A stretch of DNA of 64,000 nucleotides. It comes from Camelus dromedarius. Taxonomy: Eukaryota. The translations under genes were made by a program, and so were the position numbers. The DNA lies in the NCBI RefSeq assembly GCF_036321535.1, contig NC_087436.1, positions 67,830,001 to 67,894,000 on the forward strand, written 5' to 3'. Within the stretch, counting starts at the first letter, position 1. Each line of letters opens with the position of its first letter. Positions 38,529 to 52,335 of this stretch are shown in pieces. The notes under the pieces are model-generated. The model was not told the origin of the DNA, did not search any database, and saw nothing but the letters and a program-made list of their open reading frames with translations.

Positions 38529-41334
38529 CAGTGCACTGGAAACAGCAAAGACTTGACTTCTGGGGCATTCATATAATTGTAGTGAGGCACCCTGCAGAGA
38601 CTGAACTGTAACATTTTTGAAAAGGAAATAAAGCTGGAATATACTTTTAAGCTGGCAGCCCCACGTGTCTTCTTCAGTCATGTGTCAAGGACTCACACAT
38701 AGTTCTGGGAAAACACACAAGAGTGGTGTGGGCTTTGTGAGTGTTTTAGGCTTAGGTGCTGTTAGCGAGTGGAGATAACCATTACCTCCCTAGATACATC
38801 TGTTTCTATTCTAGTGCTTATGGAGGGACTTACCAATCACCTGGTTAAAAGGAGATTGGGACTTGGATCCAGACATGTCAAATGGACTGGTGAGGCCCAG
38901 GGTCCTGATTGCTGAGAATAAGAATCAGACTTTGAGAAGGTAGAGAACAAAAGGTCTGGGGACCACCGAAGTGTGTGTGTGAAGGTAAACAGTTCCAACA
39001 CTTTAGAGAAATAATAGAAAATTTTGCTTTCAGTACTAATCTTGACATGGAATAAAGCTATGTCAGCAGGAACCAGGGCATTAGGGCCAACACAGTAAGA
39101 TGGCAGATTAAGGATGCAAGGGCTTCAGCATGGCTCCCAGTGTCATCACAGCTTCCACAGTACCCTGAAGAAGTTGCACTCCAGACACTGAAACGGTGGG
39201 ACAGTCTAAGGGCCCATGCCCCCGAGGATTACCTGCCTGTGCTACATCTTGCCCAGGAGAGAGCAGCAAATGAGACATCAACAACTGAGTCATGCAAAAG
39301 ACTCAAAACCCTAAAATTATTCATAAATAAAATTGCCTACAGCCAGAGTGTGGAAAATTATAAAAGGAATTTTAAAGTACAAATGTGGAAGGCATTTCTA
39401 TAAGACTCTCTTGTTCAAAGTCAATTTTTTCTTGTCCCCTTCCTTTGTCACTTATGTTTCAACTTCAAGATTCATCTCATCTTAATGAAAACTGAACATT
39501 TAAGTTTCATCCACTCACCTACTTTATTTAAACATGCTACTACTTCATTTTATTCATTTACCATTTCTTTCATTTGTCCACCATTATTACTGAGGCAAGG
39601 AGTCCTTGCTGTAATAAATAGAATAAAAGTTTATGAAGTCACAGAGTTTTCATAGCTACTAACACATGCTTTGCAAACGTGGACATACAGATATCCACTG
39701 GTTTGTCCATTCTTTATTTAGTAGTTCAAACACTAGATTTTACTTTGGGAATTCTGGCACTTGGATTATTGATAATTTTGATGTTCTCTGTTCTGTGTCT
39801 CAATGGTTCAACTTCTAAAATGAACTATTTCCCATTTCCATTTTCCCATCCTCATAGGTGTGTTTTTAGAACTAATGAGATAATATTTATAATCCTAGGG
39901 AGTAGACAGCTTTCTTTCTCAAGACATTAGTGTGCAATTTAGTGCTTATGAAGAAGCAATTTACTGAATGGCACCCTAGTGGTTTAAGAAATATTTCAAG
40001 GACTATTCCATTTTGAGAATGTAAGAAACTGGTGGATTCTGCATAGCAGAGCTTGAAAATACTTATAGTTTAAAAGTTTTAAGTGATAAAGAAAAACTAA
40101 CCAGTGTATCTTCTCTAAAATATATTTACTGAATTTACTTTCCTAATTAGCTTATTAAAGACAGATACACTGTCTTCTATTAAAGACAAATTTTTTTTGT
40201 AGGAATCATGAATTAAGTACTTTTCCCCTTTACCTCTGCATACTATTTCCTTTCATTATAACATTATCTTGTGAAAAATACTAACTTTTTAATAATATTT
40301 AACCCATTCTTATTATTTTGATATATTCCTTACTCATCCATTTACCATTTCTCTCAAATGCCCACCATTATAGTAAAATGCAAACATATGCTTGATCATT
40401 AAAAAAAAAAAAATCAATGAAAGAAAAAAGTCAAGGTTTTAAATACAGGAGCATGACTCAACCCCATATTATATGTTGATAATGTTTGAAAACCAGGAAC
40501 AGTACATTTTTCTCAGAGTGAGCACAATGACGATTTTCATTTGCCTGTGCTACAGATACCCTGGGACATTTAAGGGTTTATATTGTGCTTGTGATATTCA
40601 CTGCAAGTCTCCTTAAAATTAATTTTTATTTTAAAGTTATTTGCATATAAACCTACTTTATTTTCAAGCTTAATTTAAAGAGAAAAAACAGCAGAGGAAA
40701 AAAATTTCAGGTTTTTTTAAAATCACATAATCATAATAAGAGAAAGAACTGCACTCATCCAGCTACATGGTGTCAAATAAACAGGTTTTTACTGTTTTAA
40801 GTAGAATTTCTATCACTTATAAGATTCTGAAATCATTTTTAATAACTTAAAATGTACCATAAAAGTTATGAGATAATTTATAAGAAATATTTCTCTTAAA
40901 GTAGTCATATGTATACAATTAAATTTGAAACTTATCTAAATAGAGCTGTTGAGAGACCACTGAGATTTCCTGAACCACCATAAAAAGCATTCTAGATCTG
41001 CCTTGCAGCTTGTTAAGTTTTTGAACCTGCAAAGTTAATTTGCACTTAATTTAAAAACTAAAACAGACCCAGAGTCATCTCAATCTGTGAAACTGTTATA
41101 AGAACTTTTATATTCAAAGTAAATCTATGCAGAGAAAAAGCAGACTTTTTTATTTATCCTTTTTATTCTGGGCCCAAACACGAAGTCTCTAGAATGTTAA
41201 TGGCTTATATTTTACCCTTACAATATTTTTTCATGTTGTCAAAAGTTTCATTTTAACTTGATTTTTATAAGTTGTGTGTGAAATTTAGGTATACTACTTG
41301 GGTAAAAAGGAAAGGTATTTTTTGTTAGAGAATT

Positions 41335-41735
41335 GTGATAGCCATTTATCACCATGCACCCAACTTCTGGCTTTCCTCCATTTTGGAACCATTGTGGATT
41401 ATTTTTTTTTAAGCAAGTTCCCATGTGATTGAGCAGGTCTATGTGAGCAATTCTGGTCAGTGAGTTATAAACTGCTTTCAGCCCAAAATGTAGAAAGCCA
41501 GGGAAAGACCCTTAAAGAGTTTTCTTCTCCCTTTGCCGTGTTCAGAGTCAATACTCAATATAGTGAGTCATCAGGCAGGCTGGTTCGAGGGTCAGGATGA
41601 TGGCTGAAGGGGAACAGAGCTCCCACCTGACCTACCAAGGAATGGTAACATGAGCAAGAAATAAAACTTTAGGTTCCAAGCTACTGAAAGTTTGGGTTTA
41701 TTTGTTATTGCAGTATAACCTACCCTCTGGTGACT
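41335..41735 (+). mobile_element. MLT1 (old MaLR) LTR
   Basis: aacatgagcaagaaataaaacttt...aagctactgaaagtttgggtttatttgttattgcagtataaccta...tgactg 3' end. Confidence 0.75.
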
Positions 41736-42569
41736 GCCTAGGCTCTCTGGACTGATACAGGAGATTAATTTTTTGCAAACCACTTTGAAAGGTATAACAT
41801 GTCTCTAACATCATAACTTTTAAATCTTTAGGATACTTTAAAGATAATTTCTTTTAAAAAGTAAATTAGAGTGGTTTGGACTTATTTTTTGCATGGTAGA
41901 TTGAAGATTTTAGTTTAATAAGTCCTGAATTTCTAAAAAGTCAGTATTAAGGAATGAAGTATAAAATTAGACACAAGTCCAAAGGTCCACCAGCATCTTA
42001 GACCTTTTTGGTGTTTGCTTTTGACTTTTTCCTCTGCAATACAGTTTCGGTGATTTAACTCTCAACAGGGGAAGTGAAATTCTAGAATACCAAGTCAGGG
42101 ATAAAGTAGACTTCAATTTAAGGCTGGAAGAATGCCTCATTCTTCCTCTAACATCCACGAATGTCTTCAAAAAAAAAAAAAGTGTTTAAAAATATTGAAG
42201 GAATGGAAGAATGCATAATTTTTCCTAAAGGCCCCCACTGTTTCCCCAAAATCATGAACTAGAGTCACTTTAACTTACATTCTCCAACTCCAAATCATGC
42301 CTATATGCTTCTTAGGTTAAAGGTGAATACAGGTATACCATTTTTAAATAAGCCAATAAATATTTCAACTCTTTCATACATTTTACAAGCAATGTGGACG
42401 TGACTAAATAATGTTTCCATGTTGCTTTTTAGATTAGTAAAAGAAGAGGGGACTTAGCGGCTTTAAATGAATAGGAAATTTATATGCCCACTTGCTGGCA
42501 GATACGCCCAAAACCTGATTATTCCTCTACTACTGAGACAGCATCCAGCCATGAAAGGTAGGAAAGCAC

Positions 42570-42770
42570 AGTAGACTATAGGGTCCAAACACATTGCTTG
42601 AATTTTTGTCTGAGATCTCCCAGTAAATTAATCTCTAAATATCAGTTTATTCATGTGTAAAATGTATGTGGCAACAGTTCCAATTCTATAAATTCACTGA
42701 GAAGATTATATGAGATAATATAAAGCATTTTGCCCAACACATATAAAGTGCTGAAAAAATTAACTGGTAA
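42570..42770 (+). mobile_element. MIR SINE remnant
   Basis: ttaatctctaaatatcagtttattcatgtgtaaaatg...tgagaagattatatgagataata. Confidence 0.65.
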
Positions 42771-43642
42771 CTATCAATCTGCTGTATTTGAAATAGTGGA
42801 ATTAGATCATTTATCACTGAATGAAATATAAACTTTGCTTCTTTATAATGTTTAAAATGTGCAGTTCTGTTTTCAGAACGATGTTCAGTTTCTCTACCTC
42901 TATAATCTGTATTTTCCCCTCAGTTATTTTTTTTTAATCTTTGGAAATCAGAAGTTCATTAAATTCATTCATAGGGTTTTTTATTCATTTATTCTTGTAA
43001 CCAACTTGCCTCCAAATGGGTTTATAATATTTTATCATTAAAATATAAGACAACAATAACATTGTTTTCTAGATATAAAAATATGCAAATTTAAAATATA
43101 AAAACCAGAACTATGATTCCTAAGAATTTTTTTTTCTTGATTCTAGTTGAAAAGATAATCAATGGCTGGCTCCTTCCCCATTGGTAGCTTCTTTCATGGT
43201 TTTAAACCTAAGCAATGACGAGATGACCCATGCAATACAATATAAAGAATAAAACCAGCCTCTGCTCTGTACGGGTGGGCACTCTCTACAATGTGATTGT
43301 GCTGTCCTTCTGTAATTGATACACATTTTAGAGATAGGAAGAGAGTCCATTTTTCCTGTTATGTATTCTGCACGATTGTGAGCATGACTTTTAGAGAACA
43401 ATGACCGTGTCTACTTGATTGTTTTTCAAAAATTGAGAAAAACCTTAATTTATTCAGTAGGTTTTCCTATTAAGTAACTGCTACTGATGGCTGCATGCAG
43501 TTAGCTAAATTACCTGATCGTCTTAGCAGTAATTATAGCTGCAGTGTTATCTTTCTGACTTCTGCCAGTTTTGGCTCTGCCTACACTCCCTATAACTACA
43601 CACAATTTCTGTCTGTGATAGTGATCTTAAAGGTATAGTATA

Positions 43643-43661
43643 TGTTGCCCTCTAGTGATGC
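43643..43661 (-). promoter_or_regulatory. Candidate CTCF motif
   Basis: Minus strand GCATCACTAGAGGGCAACA versus core consensus CCACYAGRKGGCR. Motif match only. Confidence 0.35.
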
Positions 43662-44064
43662 ATATGAACATTGGAAAAGTCACACAGACTTTCTCAGCTA
43701 TTTAGAACTGTGTAGAGATAGATCATCATGCAGAATCTATGTAATATATTTCGTCCTTCAGCAGCTTCAGTTTTTACATTTCATTCTATTACTCAAGTCC
43801 AAACTAAACTGTTCTCCGTTCTTCACAAAAGACTCAAACAAAAAACCAAAATACTCTCAAACAAGACATTTCTCTTTCAAATGCTTACAACTGTAATTTT
43901 ATGGTATGTTTTTAACCAGAGAAGCTCTTAACCTAAATTCATTATCTATTAATGTTTAATCACTTTTCTTACTTTAGTATTCCCTGAACATTTAAAAACA
44001 AAAAAAAAAAAAGACAAGTACAGTTCAACACCTCATGGAAGGGTCTGCAGTAGTTATTGGTGTA

Positions 44065-44209
44065 TGTACTACCTCAAGCAGAATTATCTAAGACTTTTTT
44101 TTAATGCAGATTCTTTATGCTGAAATCTGAGTCAGAATCTGTTAATATTGCCAAGGAAGCTATATTTTTATTTGATTTCCAAGTGATTCTTGACCATTTA
44201 AGACACTGT
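44065..44209. mobile_element. MER5-like hAT remnant
   Basis: aatgcagattc...ctgagtcagaatct...ccaagtgattct...tttaagacactg. Confidence 0.5.
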
Positions 44210-46315
44210 CCTGATCGGAGCCGTTTCATTCTTTCCTATGTAATTTCAAGTTTCCCTTCATGAGACTCATCTTTCATATTGATCACATTCTCTCATGCAT
44301 GGCCTTTAAGCAAAAATACTTCTAACGTATTCTATCTCCTTTCATGATTTTTCTTAGGCAATATTGTCTCTTATAGTTTTATCTTAATTTGATTTTATCT
44401 AATAGTTTAGGCTCAACATTAAGAAAATTCTCTTCACAATATTTCTAAAGAAATAGGACTTCCTAAGTTACAGTGTATCACAACAATTGGTCTTCAACTT
44501 TTACAAATGTTAAATAGTAAGCATGTTTCAACTTACCAATATTTAAAGTCTCTAGTACACTGCATGTGCCTTTGTATCTGTTGCTTCATTAAAATGCTAC
44601 AACAGTGTTTTTAGGTATTATTATTACTCTTCCTATTTATAGCAGAAGAATCAGGAAAATAAAGTTTAGGCAATTTGACTCAGTGAGTGAGTATGAGAGA
44701 GAACTAGAATTCAAAATATTCTTTCTACTATAACAAATTAAGACAGCATTTGAAAAGAAATGTTAAAATCGTGACTATTTCTTGTAATGCCAATGGGGAA
44801 ATATTTCAAAGTAGAATTTTCTAAACTATACTTGTCTCAGTATCTAATTTTTATTAAAATGCTTTTAAAATATTGAGAAATTTGCTGACCTAGGAAAATT
44901 AGAGACCAAAGATTTGCTTGTTGTTTAAATTAGAAATAAAACCTCTTAAATAGTTAAGAGCTTAACTAAAACCAGAACCAGAATCAAATACTGTTTTTAC
45001 AAGTTACTAAACTGAAAAAAAAAAAAAAAAAAAAGGACTCCCATTTCCCATGGCATTTTTAGCAGTTTTTCTCTGATGTTTAAAAATCTCTTCTATTTTA
45101 GAATATTTCAAATCATATACATCTTCAAATAGTAAAAAAGAGTGTATTTCGAAAACGAATCTAAAATTTAACTTAAAATTCCCATTCTGTACACAGGGAC
45201 TTGTAAACTATTTAAGTAACTTGTGATTGAACAACCTTAGCAATTTCATCTCAAAAGGGGGGCTCCATCTACTGATGCCAAAACAAGTAAGCCATTTTAG
45301 TCCATTCAAAAGCAACCAATCAATTCAGTGAAAACAAAGTTACTTAAACTGGAAACTTGTAAACCAATAAACCATGGCTAATTTTACCAAAGTTTTTCTT
45401 TTCTACATTTTGTTCATGAAAAATCAACACAACTAGTAAAATATCATTACAGACACCTCCCAGTTTGGTCACCACCAATCTTCTTCTGTCCCCGACCTCC
45501 ACACTCCACTCCCTGTGAGGCTAGTTCCCTCTCTAATGTTCTCTTTCACTCATGTTGCATCTATTACATATTAAGTACCTGCTAGGTGTGGCGGAACTTT
45601 GCATAAGTCTGCAGCAAATACAGGGTAATGTCATACTGGTCTTACATTCTCAAAAAGCTTCAGCATTGGATGAGAAATGACAAAATAAAGAGCTAACTAT
45701 AAAGCAAAGCAAAAAATAAAAGCTATGAGAGAAGAACATTTCCTTGTTCAAGAGGCATATCACTTAAAATGTTTAGAGATGATTCCATGATAAAAAGATA
45801 ACATTTGAAAATGTTCTGAGAAGAAAGAGGTAGATACTGACAACTGGAAATGGAGAGGGTTTACAGGATGTTCAAAAGATATCATCTGTAAAATTAGAGT
45901 CAGAAATGTGTGGGCAGGATCCAGGAAACAGTGTTTCAGCTATTCTCTCTGTGTTTCCCCTTTATCAGGTATCAGGAATTTGCACACAGACTCCTAGTTT
46001 GTCTGTTTCTCTAGTCCTGTCTCATTCTTCATTTGTTACCCTTCCTTCTTCTCCTTAGAGCTCTCTGCTGTTTAATGCATTCATACTATATAACCTCCAT
46101 CCATAACTTCAATCTGTGGTTTCGCCTCCTACCTATATAATCATGTCTATCAAATACAAATCTCTGAACCCCAACAATGCATCCAGAGTGAATATTCTGG
46201 TGCACATCTGATGCACATTCAGACTCCTCTTTGAGGACTAAGGTGCTTTCCACATATCTGCTGAGTGAAATTTCCTTCCAGAAATCCAAGTATCCCTTGC
46301 ATATTAGAAAAGAGA

Positions 46316-46718
46316 TTTTTCTTTGTAATAAAGATTCCACACATAAATGAGATCATACAGTTGTCTCTCTGACTTACTTCACTTAGCACAATGCCCTCAA
46401 GTTCCATCCAAGTTGTTGCAAAAGGTACAAACTTCCAGTTACAAGATACATAAGTATTGGGGACGTAATGTACAACATGACTGCAGTTAACGTGGCTGTT
46501 TGGTATATTTGAAAGTTGCTAAGAGTAGATGCTAAAAGTTCTCATCACAAGAGAAAAAAATTTTTGATATATATATTTATATATGTATTTTATATATATA
46601 AAAGATGGATGTTAACTAAATTATTATGGTATTTATATCACTGTATGTAAATATATATGTCATTATGTTATATAATTTATAATTGACAAACAGCATCACA
46701 CATCTCAATAAAATTGGA
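46316..46718 (+). mobile_element. 5'-inverted L1 3' end (L1MA9-like)
   Basis: 46316-46422 is the antisense ORF2 end (MELEGIVLSEVSQ); 46419-46718 is sense 3'UTR ending tctcaataaaattgg. Confidence 0.85.
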
Positions 46719-47254
46719 GGAGGGGGGGAAGCTGCCTTGCCCAAGGTCATGCTCCCTCCTTGAGCATGCCCACATCCATAACTGTTAAATTCAGGAATAT
46801 AAAGATATGTCCCAACTGTTGTATTAGTTGAAGATAATTCTAAAGAGCCATCCTAGATCCAGAGTTTTCCTGAGATGGGTTGAGAACTATTTTGAAAATG
46901 CATCTCAGTTCAACTCCAGCTGTACAATTCTACTTCCTTCAAACCCCCTCCACCTTCAAATAATTTTGGAAGTAATCCAACCTTTGATTGTATATCAAGT
47001 CAGTACTAGACCCTTTATACTTGTATGACAGGCTTTTCAAAGTCAAGATACTCAAAATTAAGCTCATCATCATCCCTTTGAAACATTCATTATGGTTTTG
47101 GGAGTGAGAGGATGTATACTCTACATCCCAGAGGTACCCTCCTCATCCATACCCTTCTTAAAAAGAGTCTGCTCCATGCACTGTCTGAAAGAAGCAAGCC
47201 TACAAACTGCAGGGACCATCACTGACTCAACCAGGAGTGGTCATGTGATTCTAC

Positions 47255-47852
47255 TGTTACCAGAGCTGCCACCAGACCCTTGCTCAAAACCCACCAACCC
47301 CTCACCTGAATAGGAACTAATGTATCTTTAAGTCACAGGGTCTGGACACAAAGGAAGCTATGGGAAGCAAAAACAAAAACTGGGTAGAACCAGCTAAAGC
47401 CAACATGGTGACAAATTTGATGTCCACCAGACCCTTAGTCTCATTCTACACCAATTTTACTACAGTATTGTACTGACATACCTACTAGTGGCCATGACCA
47501 GAAGTCACAGACCAACAAAAAGGACAGAAAAGGGGACGCACCTTGTTTCAAGGAAAACCCTGCCTCTTTCCCAAAAAACTAATGCATATGCCTCCCCATC
47601 ACTAGTCTCACTCCTCCCCAAATTGTCCTTAAATGCAAATCTCTCTATTAAGGCAAGAAATTGATTTGTGAACTAAGTTCCCACTCCTCCACTCTCTTGC
47701 CATTAAATAAGCTTGTCCTGCTTCAATCTCAGCTTCAGTTTCATTTTTGGCTACAAGAACCTGGAAGGGAAAAAGAACCTTCCCCGCCAAAACAGGGGGC
47801 ATTGGCCAGTGTAGGGCTCAAGTCGGGGTCCATATGACATAATTTGGTAACA
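47255..47852 (+). mobile_element. Solo LTR, ERV1-class
   Basis: 8-bp inverted termini TGTTACCA...TGGTAACA; 4-bp TSD ctac/ctat; ATTAAA signal near 47702. Confidence 0.8.
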
Positions 47853-50149
47853 CTATCAATCAGGAAATTGGAGTAGGACATCGGACAGGCCTTGAGTTAG
47901 TCCTTTGGCTCCAGATTGTAAACTTGGGGCCAGATTTTATTTCATGCCAAATCAAAATCCAGCAGAATCTGATGTCACAGAATGCGGGGAAAAAAGCAAC
48001 TATGAACTTTGCTGAAGAAGCCACATTACAGAGGAAACAACATAAATTTGTAGAAGGAAACATTAATAGGAACTCAGCAGAAGAAAGGGAATCAGATGGA
48101 AAGAAGACATGCTTTGTATTCGGAATATTTTTTAAAACCTGGTATTACATGATTTACCTGAAATCTTTTAGTATTATATTTATCATCAAATAAAACACAA
48201 GACACATCTCTTGCTTTGATAAACACCACCAAAATGTACCCTTTTGTTTTCATCACAAATCCAAGAGGGACTGAAGTCCTTCCCTTATCCCCCAAGCTAA
48301 TTACCTAAAAATTCTTTAACTTTTTTTGGTTGCCACTCTTCTCTCTTTCCAACCTTATTGAAATTACTCAAGCTCAGAACTTCCCTCTTCTTTGTCAATA
48401 TGGATATATCGCCTATGGTCCAGGCTCTGGTTTGGACCTTCTCCAATCAATCCTTCATATTTATGTGCTGCTACTAATATACTAATCTGACAAGGACATT
48501 CCGTGCTGATTTTTTCCAATGATCCTACCTCCACATCTAAAGGACAAAACGTGAACTGCTCTGTGAGTACACAGCATACTTTCTTCCATGGCCCCATCTT
48601 ACCTGTCGGCTCCATCTTCTGTCATAAGCAGTGCTTGATTTTTATAATCCACTATTGGCCATCCCATAGTTTCATCAACTTATTATGTTTTCCCAAGTTT
48701 CTCTTCTTTTGCACATTCTTCCTACTGCTTAGTACTTCCCTTTCATTCCTGTGGAAAACTGTTCCTTCTTAATCTATCAGCTTAAAAGTCACTGTTGTTC
48801 AATACCCATTCTAAAACATAGATAGTGAAAAATTAAATTACACTGAGGGCAGCTTGAGTATGATATGTCATTTTTAAATAAATACAATCCTTCTTGTTTA
48901 ATTAAGAAAATAGAACTTTCATGTTAAAAGGCCTTTCATTTATTCCTTTATATATTAGATAAGAATGTTTATTTTAATAACAAATGCTATAGTGATTTAA
49001 AAAAAGTCACTTTGTAACCAACTAGTTTGTAAACTTCATCAGGACAAGAATCACGCTCACTTTAGTCACTGCTGCTTCTGCATAAAGCAGAGTACACCCA
49101 TCTAGCAGGTCTATCTCCTGTGTTATGAATTAACCAAAGCCTTTCTTCAGTGAGGCAGATTTAGGCATTCTCCTTGTCTGGCAGTGTTTTGCTCATCACT
49201 GCAATTTTTTTCGTTATCATTTTTTTTTTTTTTCTGAACACAACTCTTCACAGGAAAGTGTTTTGAGGGCCGATTCCATACATTTTCATGTAATCAAATG
49301 TTGCCCAGAAATGAATGGAGTCCTTGGCATATTGCGCTCAGAAATATGCTCTATAAGTGAGTGAATACTCACAGGGTAGAAATACAAGCTAGGGTTTCAG
49401 ATCTAGACAAAGCTTTCAGCTCTCAGTAGGAAGGTGAAATCTCTGAGGGATACAACCTAGCAATTCCCTCTTTAGAACAACAGAAACAACGTGCATGAAC
49501 TGAGGGGGAGAATTTCCCCTGAAACCAGATTGTCTGATGAAGTGAGGAACACCACAAACAAGCTGTATTTACAGAACATAGCCTGTTCATTCAGGAGGCA
49601 GGAGTGAGAGACTCTGCATTCGCAGCAGCTGTGCAATGCTGCATTCCGGGGGGCTGGGAGGCAGAAAATGCTACAGGAATGCACTCTCACATACAACCCT
49701 GGGCCATAGGGATAATTCCTGCCAGCTGGAAGTCAAATTCTGGTTCTTCCCTACCCATCGACACCCCTTACATACCCACACACCAACACTTCCTACACAC
49801 AACAGGCCCAAGAGGAAATGAAAGATGAGCAGTGGCTAAAAAAGTGGCAAGGAGCTATACAGAAACAATAGAGAGAATGAATAAGAGGAACAGGAGAAAC
49901 AAGAGGCAGAGGAAAAGGAGTCATGGAAGGAAGGACTCATGTGATCACTGCAGTCAATTAAAACAACCACCTCTGAAGAAGAAAAGCTCAAAATGGAAAG
50001 ACAAAGATTCAAAGAAGGGCTGGTGATAAAAAATGGACTGAGCGGTCACCTGCCATCATTTTTAGTCTTCACTACTGGTTTGGCTATTCCTGGTCTTTTG
50101 ATCTCCCTTACACATTTGAGAATAATGTCAATGGATTCCCTGAAGAATA

Positions 50150-50750
50150 TATATATACACACATTTATATATGTAAATTCCAGGTGGAATATAAACATAA
50201 AAGGCTAATATCTGAGTAAGAATATACAGAATATCTTATAACAATTGAGATGAGGACAGTTTTCCTCCACAAGATACAAGAAATGCACAAACCACAAAAG
50301 ATTAGACAAGTTCAATTATACTAAAAGTAATTTCCACTCATCAAAAGATGTCATAAATAAAGGGATTACAAGTCACAAACTGAAATGATTTAAACACATA
50401 TAACAGGAAAAGAACCCCTACAGATCAATCAAAAAAGAACTATAGGAAAATTGCGGGTAGGGGAGAACCATGAACAGAAACATCACAAAAAAAGAAACCA
50501 AAATGGCCAATAAATGTCTGAAAAACTGCTCAAAGTTTTTAGAAATCAAACAAATGCCCATTAAATGATAAATTACACCACCTCTACCAAAGCAGCACAT
50601 TTTAAATGTCCAACAGTATCAGACTTCAGTGAGCACGTGGAGCAGTAACACTTTGGTGGGAGCCTCCATTATTATAAACAGTTGTGGAAATAAAATGCTA
50701 TCATGTGCTGAAGCAGAAAACACTCAGACAACAACCTGAGTTTCACTTCA
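50150..50750 (+). mobile_element. Old L1 (L1MC/ME-like) ORF2-end fragment
   Basis: catgaacagaaacatcacaaaaaaagaaaccaaaatggccaataaatgtctgaaaaactgctcaa...aaatcaaacaaatgcccattaaa. Confidence 0.75.
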
Positions 50751-51264
50751 GAAATACCCATTACTTGGAAGCTGTATTCCAGACTGCTGACAGCAGTGTC
50801 CTCATATCCTCTCGTAAGTCAGTTTCTGACAAGTCCATCCCATGAGTTACGATGTTTGTCTTGAACCTCAAAGGTGATCATAGTTTATGCTGATTCTGGG
50901 GTCCCTGTCACACTATAATGGCCCCTAATTGTTTTGGTATCACATTAAAGTTTCTTAACATGTCACAGTTGTTCCTTCACTAAAGACAACTTATGTTCAA
51001 CTCTCAACTTCAGTTGAGGAGACCTCTCTCCATTTTATATTCCTCTTAAATACTGTACAACCAGAGTAGATCTCTGGCCCCACAACTTTTTATCTGGTCA
51101 GCTGATGTATTCCTCAACGCTCCGAGTCTTCCAAATTTATAGAGTAAGTTTGGCCTCTAGCAGGAGATATGTATAGTTGTCACTCGGGTGATTCAGTCTG
51201 GCATCAGTTTTTCTGTCAGTCTGGCTTCAATCTATTCATTCAAAATCATACCCAACAGGTACTT

Positions 51265-52010
51265 GGCAAAAATGTTTTACATAAAGACCTAATGACACAG
51301 CAGTTACCAGGCTAGATATATTCTGGCCCACACAGAGGTCACAGCAGAAGAAAGTAAGCTTTGACAAAGGATATAAAAGTTTGATGAAGGATAAAAAGAG
51401 GGAAATACTGGGTTCTATGAGACTATGTGGTCTGGGAGTACTGGGGAATATTCCCTAACGGTAAAATATCTATTAAGATATGACAAATGAATTTAGCAGA
51501 AAGATCTGTAAGAAAACCCATAGGAAAGAAAAAACAGATCTGCAGGACCTCAACAGCCAAGTCATAACACATTAAAGGGAAAACTGAAAAGAGATTAGTA
51601 TGGTGGGATGTAAAGAAATGAGGGTAGAGGCATGTGGCTGCAGAGGTAAGTAAACATTTCCTGAAAGGTTTGTTTGCCACAGAAAAGGTATGGAATTGTA
51701 TTTCAAAGGCACAGTGATATGATTAAAGAGTTTTCCTCATATTTGCATCTTGAACATACCATCAGGGCTGCTCTGTAGAAAAGAGACTGATGTTTATCAA
51801 AGGAAGAAGGAAGAGGCAGAAGGCTAATCCTACTAGGAAACTGGCAAGGTAAATGAAGAGGCTCATGGGATTGAGGGAGATTTAGGAGAATCAGAATTAG
51901 GAGGATTTGTTGCTAATTGGCTATGGCGGGTAAAAAGAAAGGAGAAGTCCAGGATGACTCTCAGATTTCTGGTTGAATAACTAAAAGTAGAGTAGTATTA
52001 TAAACATGGA
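51265..52010 (-). mobile_element. L2 LINE remnant
   Basis: gagatttaggagaatcagaattaggaggatttgttgctaattggctatgg...gaagtccaggatgactctcagatttctggttg. Confidence 0.7.
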
Positions 52011-52109
52011 AGGACAAAAAATTGGGGGCCTAGTACAAGGAGATGCCTGGGATGGATCTAGGATTTGAGTCTGGATGCTGATCTTAACTTCCCTTTTTCT
52101 GTTCATCAG

Positions 52110-52335
52110 AATAATAATTACAGCAGCTGGGATTTAGTCAGCACTTCTATGTGCCACTCAAGGTGCTCCATCTGCATGAATTTATATGAGATATAAACTA
52201 TTATTGTCCTCATTTTGCAGGTGTTAAAATGTGGCACTGGGAGCCTGAGTAATTCACTCTTAGTTTCACACCCAGATAATAGTGTCATTGAAATTGGAAC
52301 CCAGGCAGTCTGACTCCAGGACCAGGGCTTTAAAG
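52110..52335 (-). mobile_element. MIR SINE remnant
   Basis: tattattgtcctcattttgcaggtg...ggaacccaggcagtctgactccag. Confidence 0.8.

Noticed and set aside
49520..49560. CTGATGA as a hammerhead ribozyme core
   Set aside because: No stem II followed by GAAA, and the candidate GTC cleavage triplet overlaps the core. Other CTGATGA/TCATCAG hits I checked also lack the fold.
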